Below, in pieces: positions 63,419 through 64,000 of a stretch of 64,000 nt of DNA. The notes under the pieces were generated by a model that saw only the letters and a list, made by a program, of their open reading frames with translations, ran no database searches and was not told the DNA's origin. A program made the position numbers and the translations under genes. The DNA comes from Alloascoidea hylecoeti (lineage: Eukaryota), in NCBI GenBank assembly GCA_001600815.1, contig BCKZ01000004.1:1205566-1269565 (forward strand). Reading direction: 5' to 3'. Positions within the stretch are counted from its first letter, which is position 1, and every line of letters begins with the position of its first letter.

Positions 63419-64000
63419 GTCATGATTACCCTTAATAAGAATGGAAATGAAATTATTGTCTGGTGTATTGTAATATGTTCTATTGTCGTTTTCTTCTTAT
63501 TATACTTTCTGCTGCAAGATACAGGCTCTTTATTACTTTCTGATTATAGAAAAAAGAAGAGTGGATATTATTATGATACAATAATTAGCAGATCCTGGTA
63601 AATCTAAAGACAAAACAGAAATCAGAGTCGTTGTTATAATATGGAAGAAATTTTATAAAAATTTACAACGCAGTTTTAAATGGTTGGAGTTTTGAATAAT
63701 AATTGCAAGAGATTTTACTTCTGACACTTTTTAAAAAATTCCTATCTAGCCAGAAACAGATATTTCAAAAAGATTAGTTAACAAATAAAATTCTCGATCA
63801 TTTAAGAGACAAAAACAAAGAACAATCTCCTTCATCATCTGAATGTAAATCAATATTATTATTAATACTGTGATTCTTGATAAACTACATGGTTGAAAAA
63901 TTCAAAACCTCGCCACGATGTACCATTTGATCATTCGCCAAGCCCTCCTTTCAATCCACTTCAAAAATATTATCTAGATAGGGCCAAGCTTTTGAAATGC

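Overview
This is AT-rich, intron-containing budding-yeast (Saccharomycotina) chromosomal DNA with one 980-nt assembly gap. Intact genes are: the 3' part of a UBR1-like E3 ligase, a CFEM/GPI cell-wall protein with internal repeats, ASH1, two tandem Gly-rich YNL208W-like genes, the conserved block ARP1-FUR1-LSM7-ALF1, an orphan AT-hook protein, TEC1, a GRE2-like reductase, an F-box protein, an ADH6/7-like dehydrogenase, an STP1/2-like zinc finger and a DUF4112 gene. The long intergenic stretches are dense with gene relics: peroxisomal-type Lon protease, a YPL199C-like Smr protein, RPL19, two WD40-like paralogs, LRR fragments, a heavily deleted Ty1/copia element and a solo LTR. There are also three inverted duplications. 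A kinase-like pseudogene occurs as two ~1-kb near-identical inverted copies bracketing ~17.7 kb, a local fold-back fragment of it sits next to copy 1, and the AT-hook gene is duplicated head-to-head. I found no tRNA, rRNA or CRISPR. All identifications are by eye from motifs; no searches were run.
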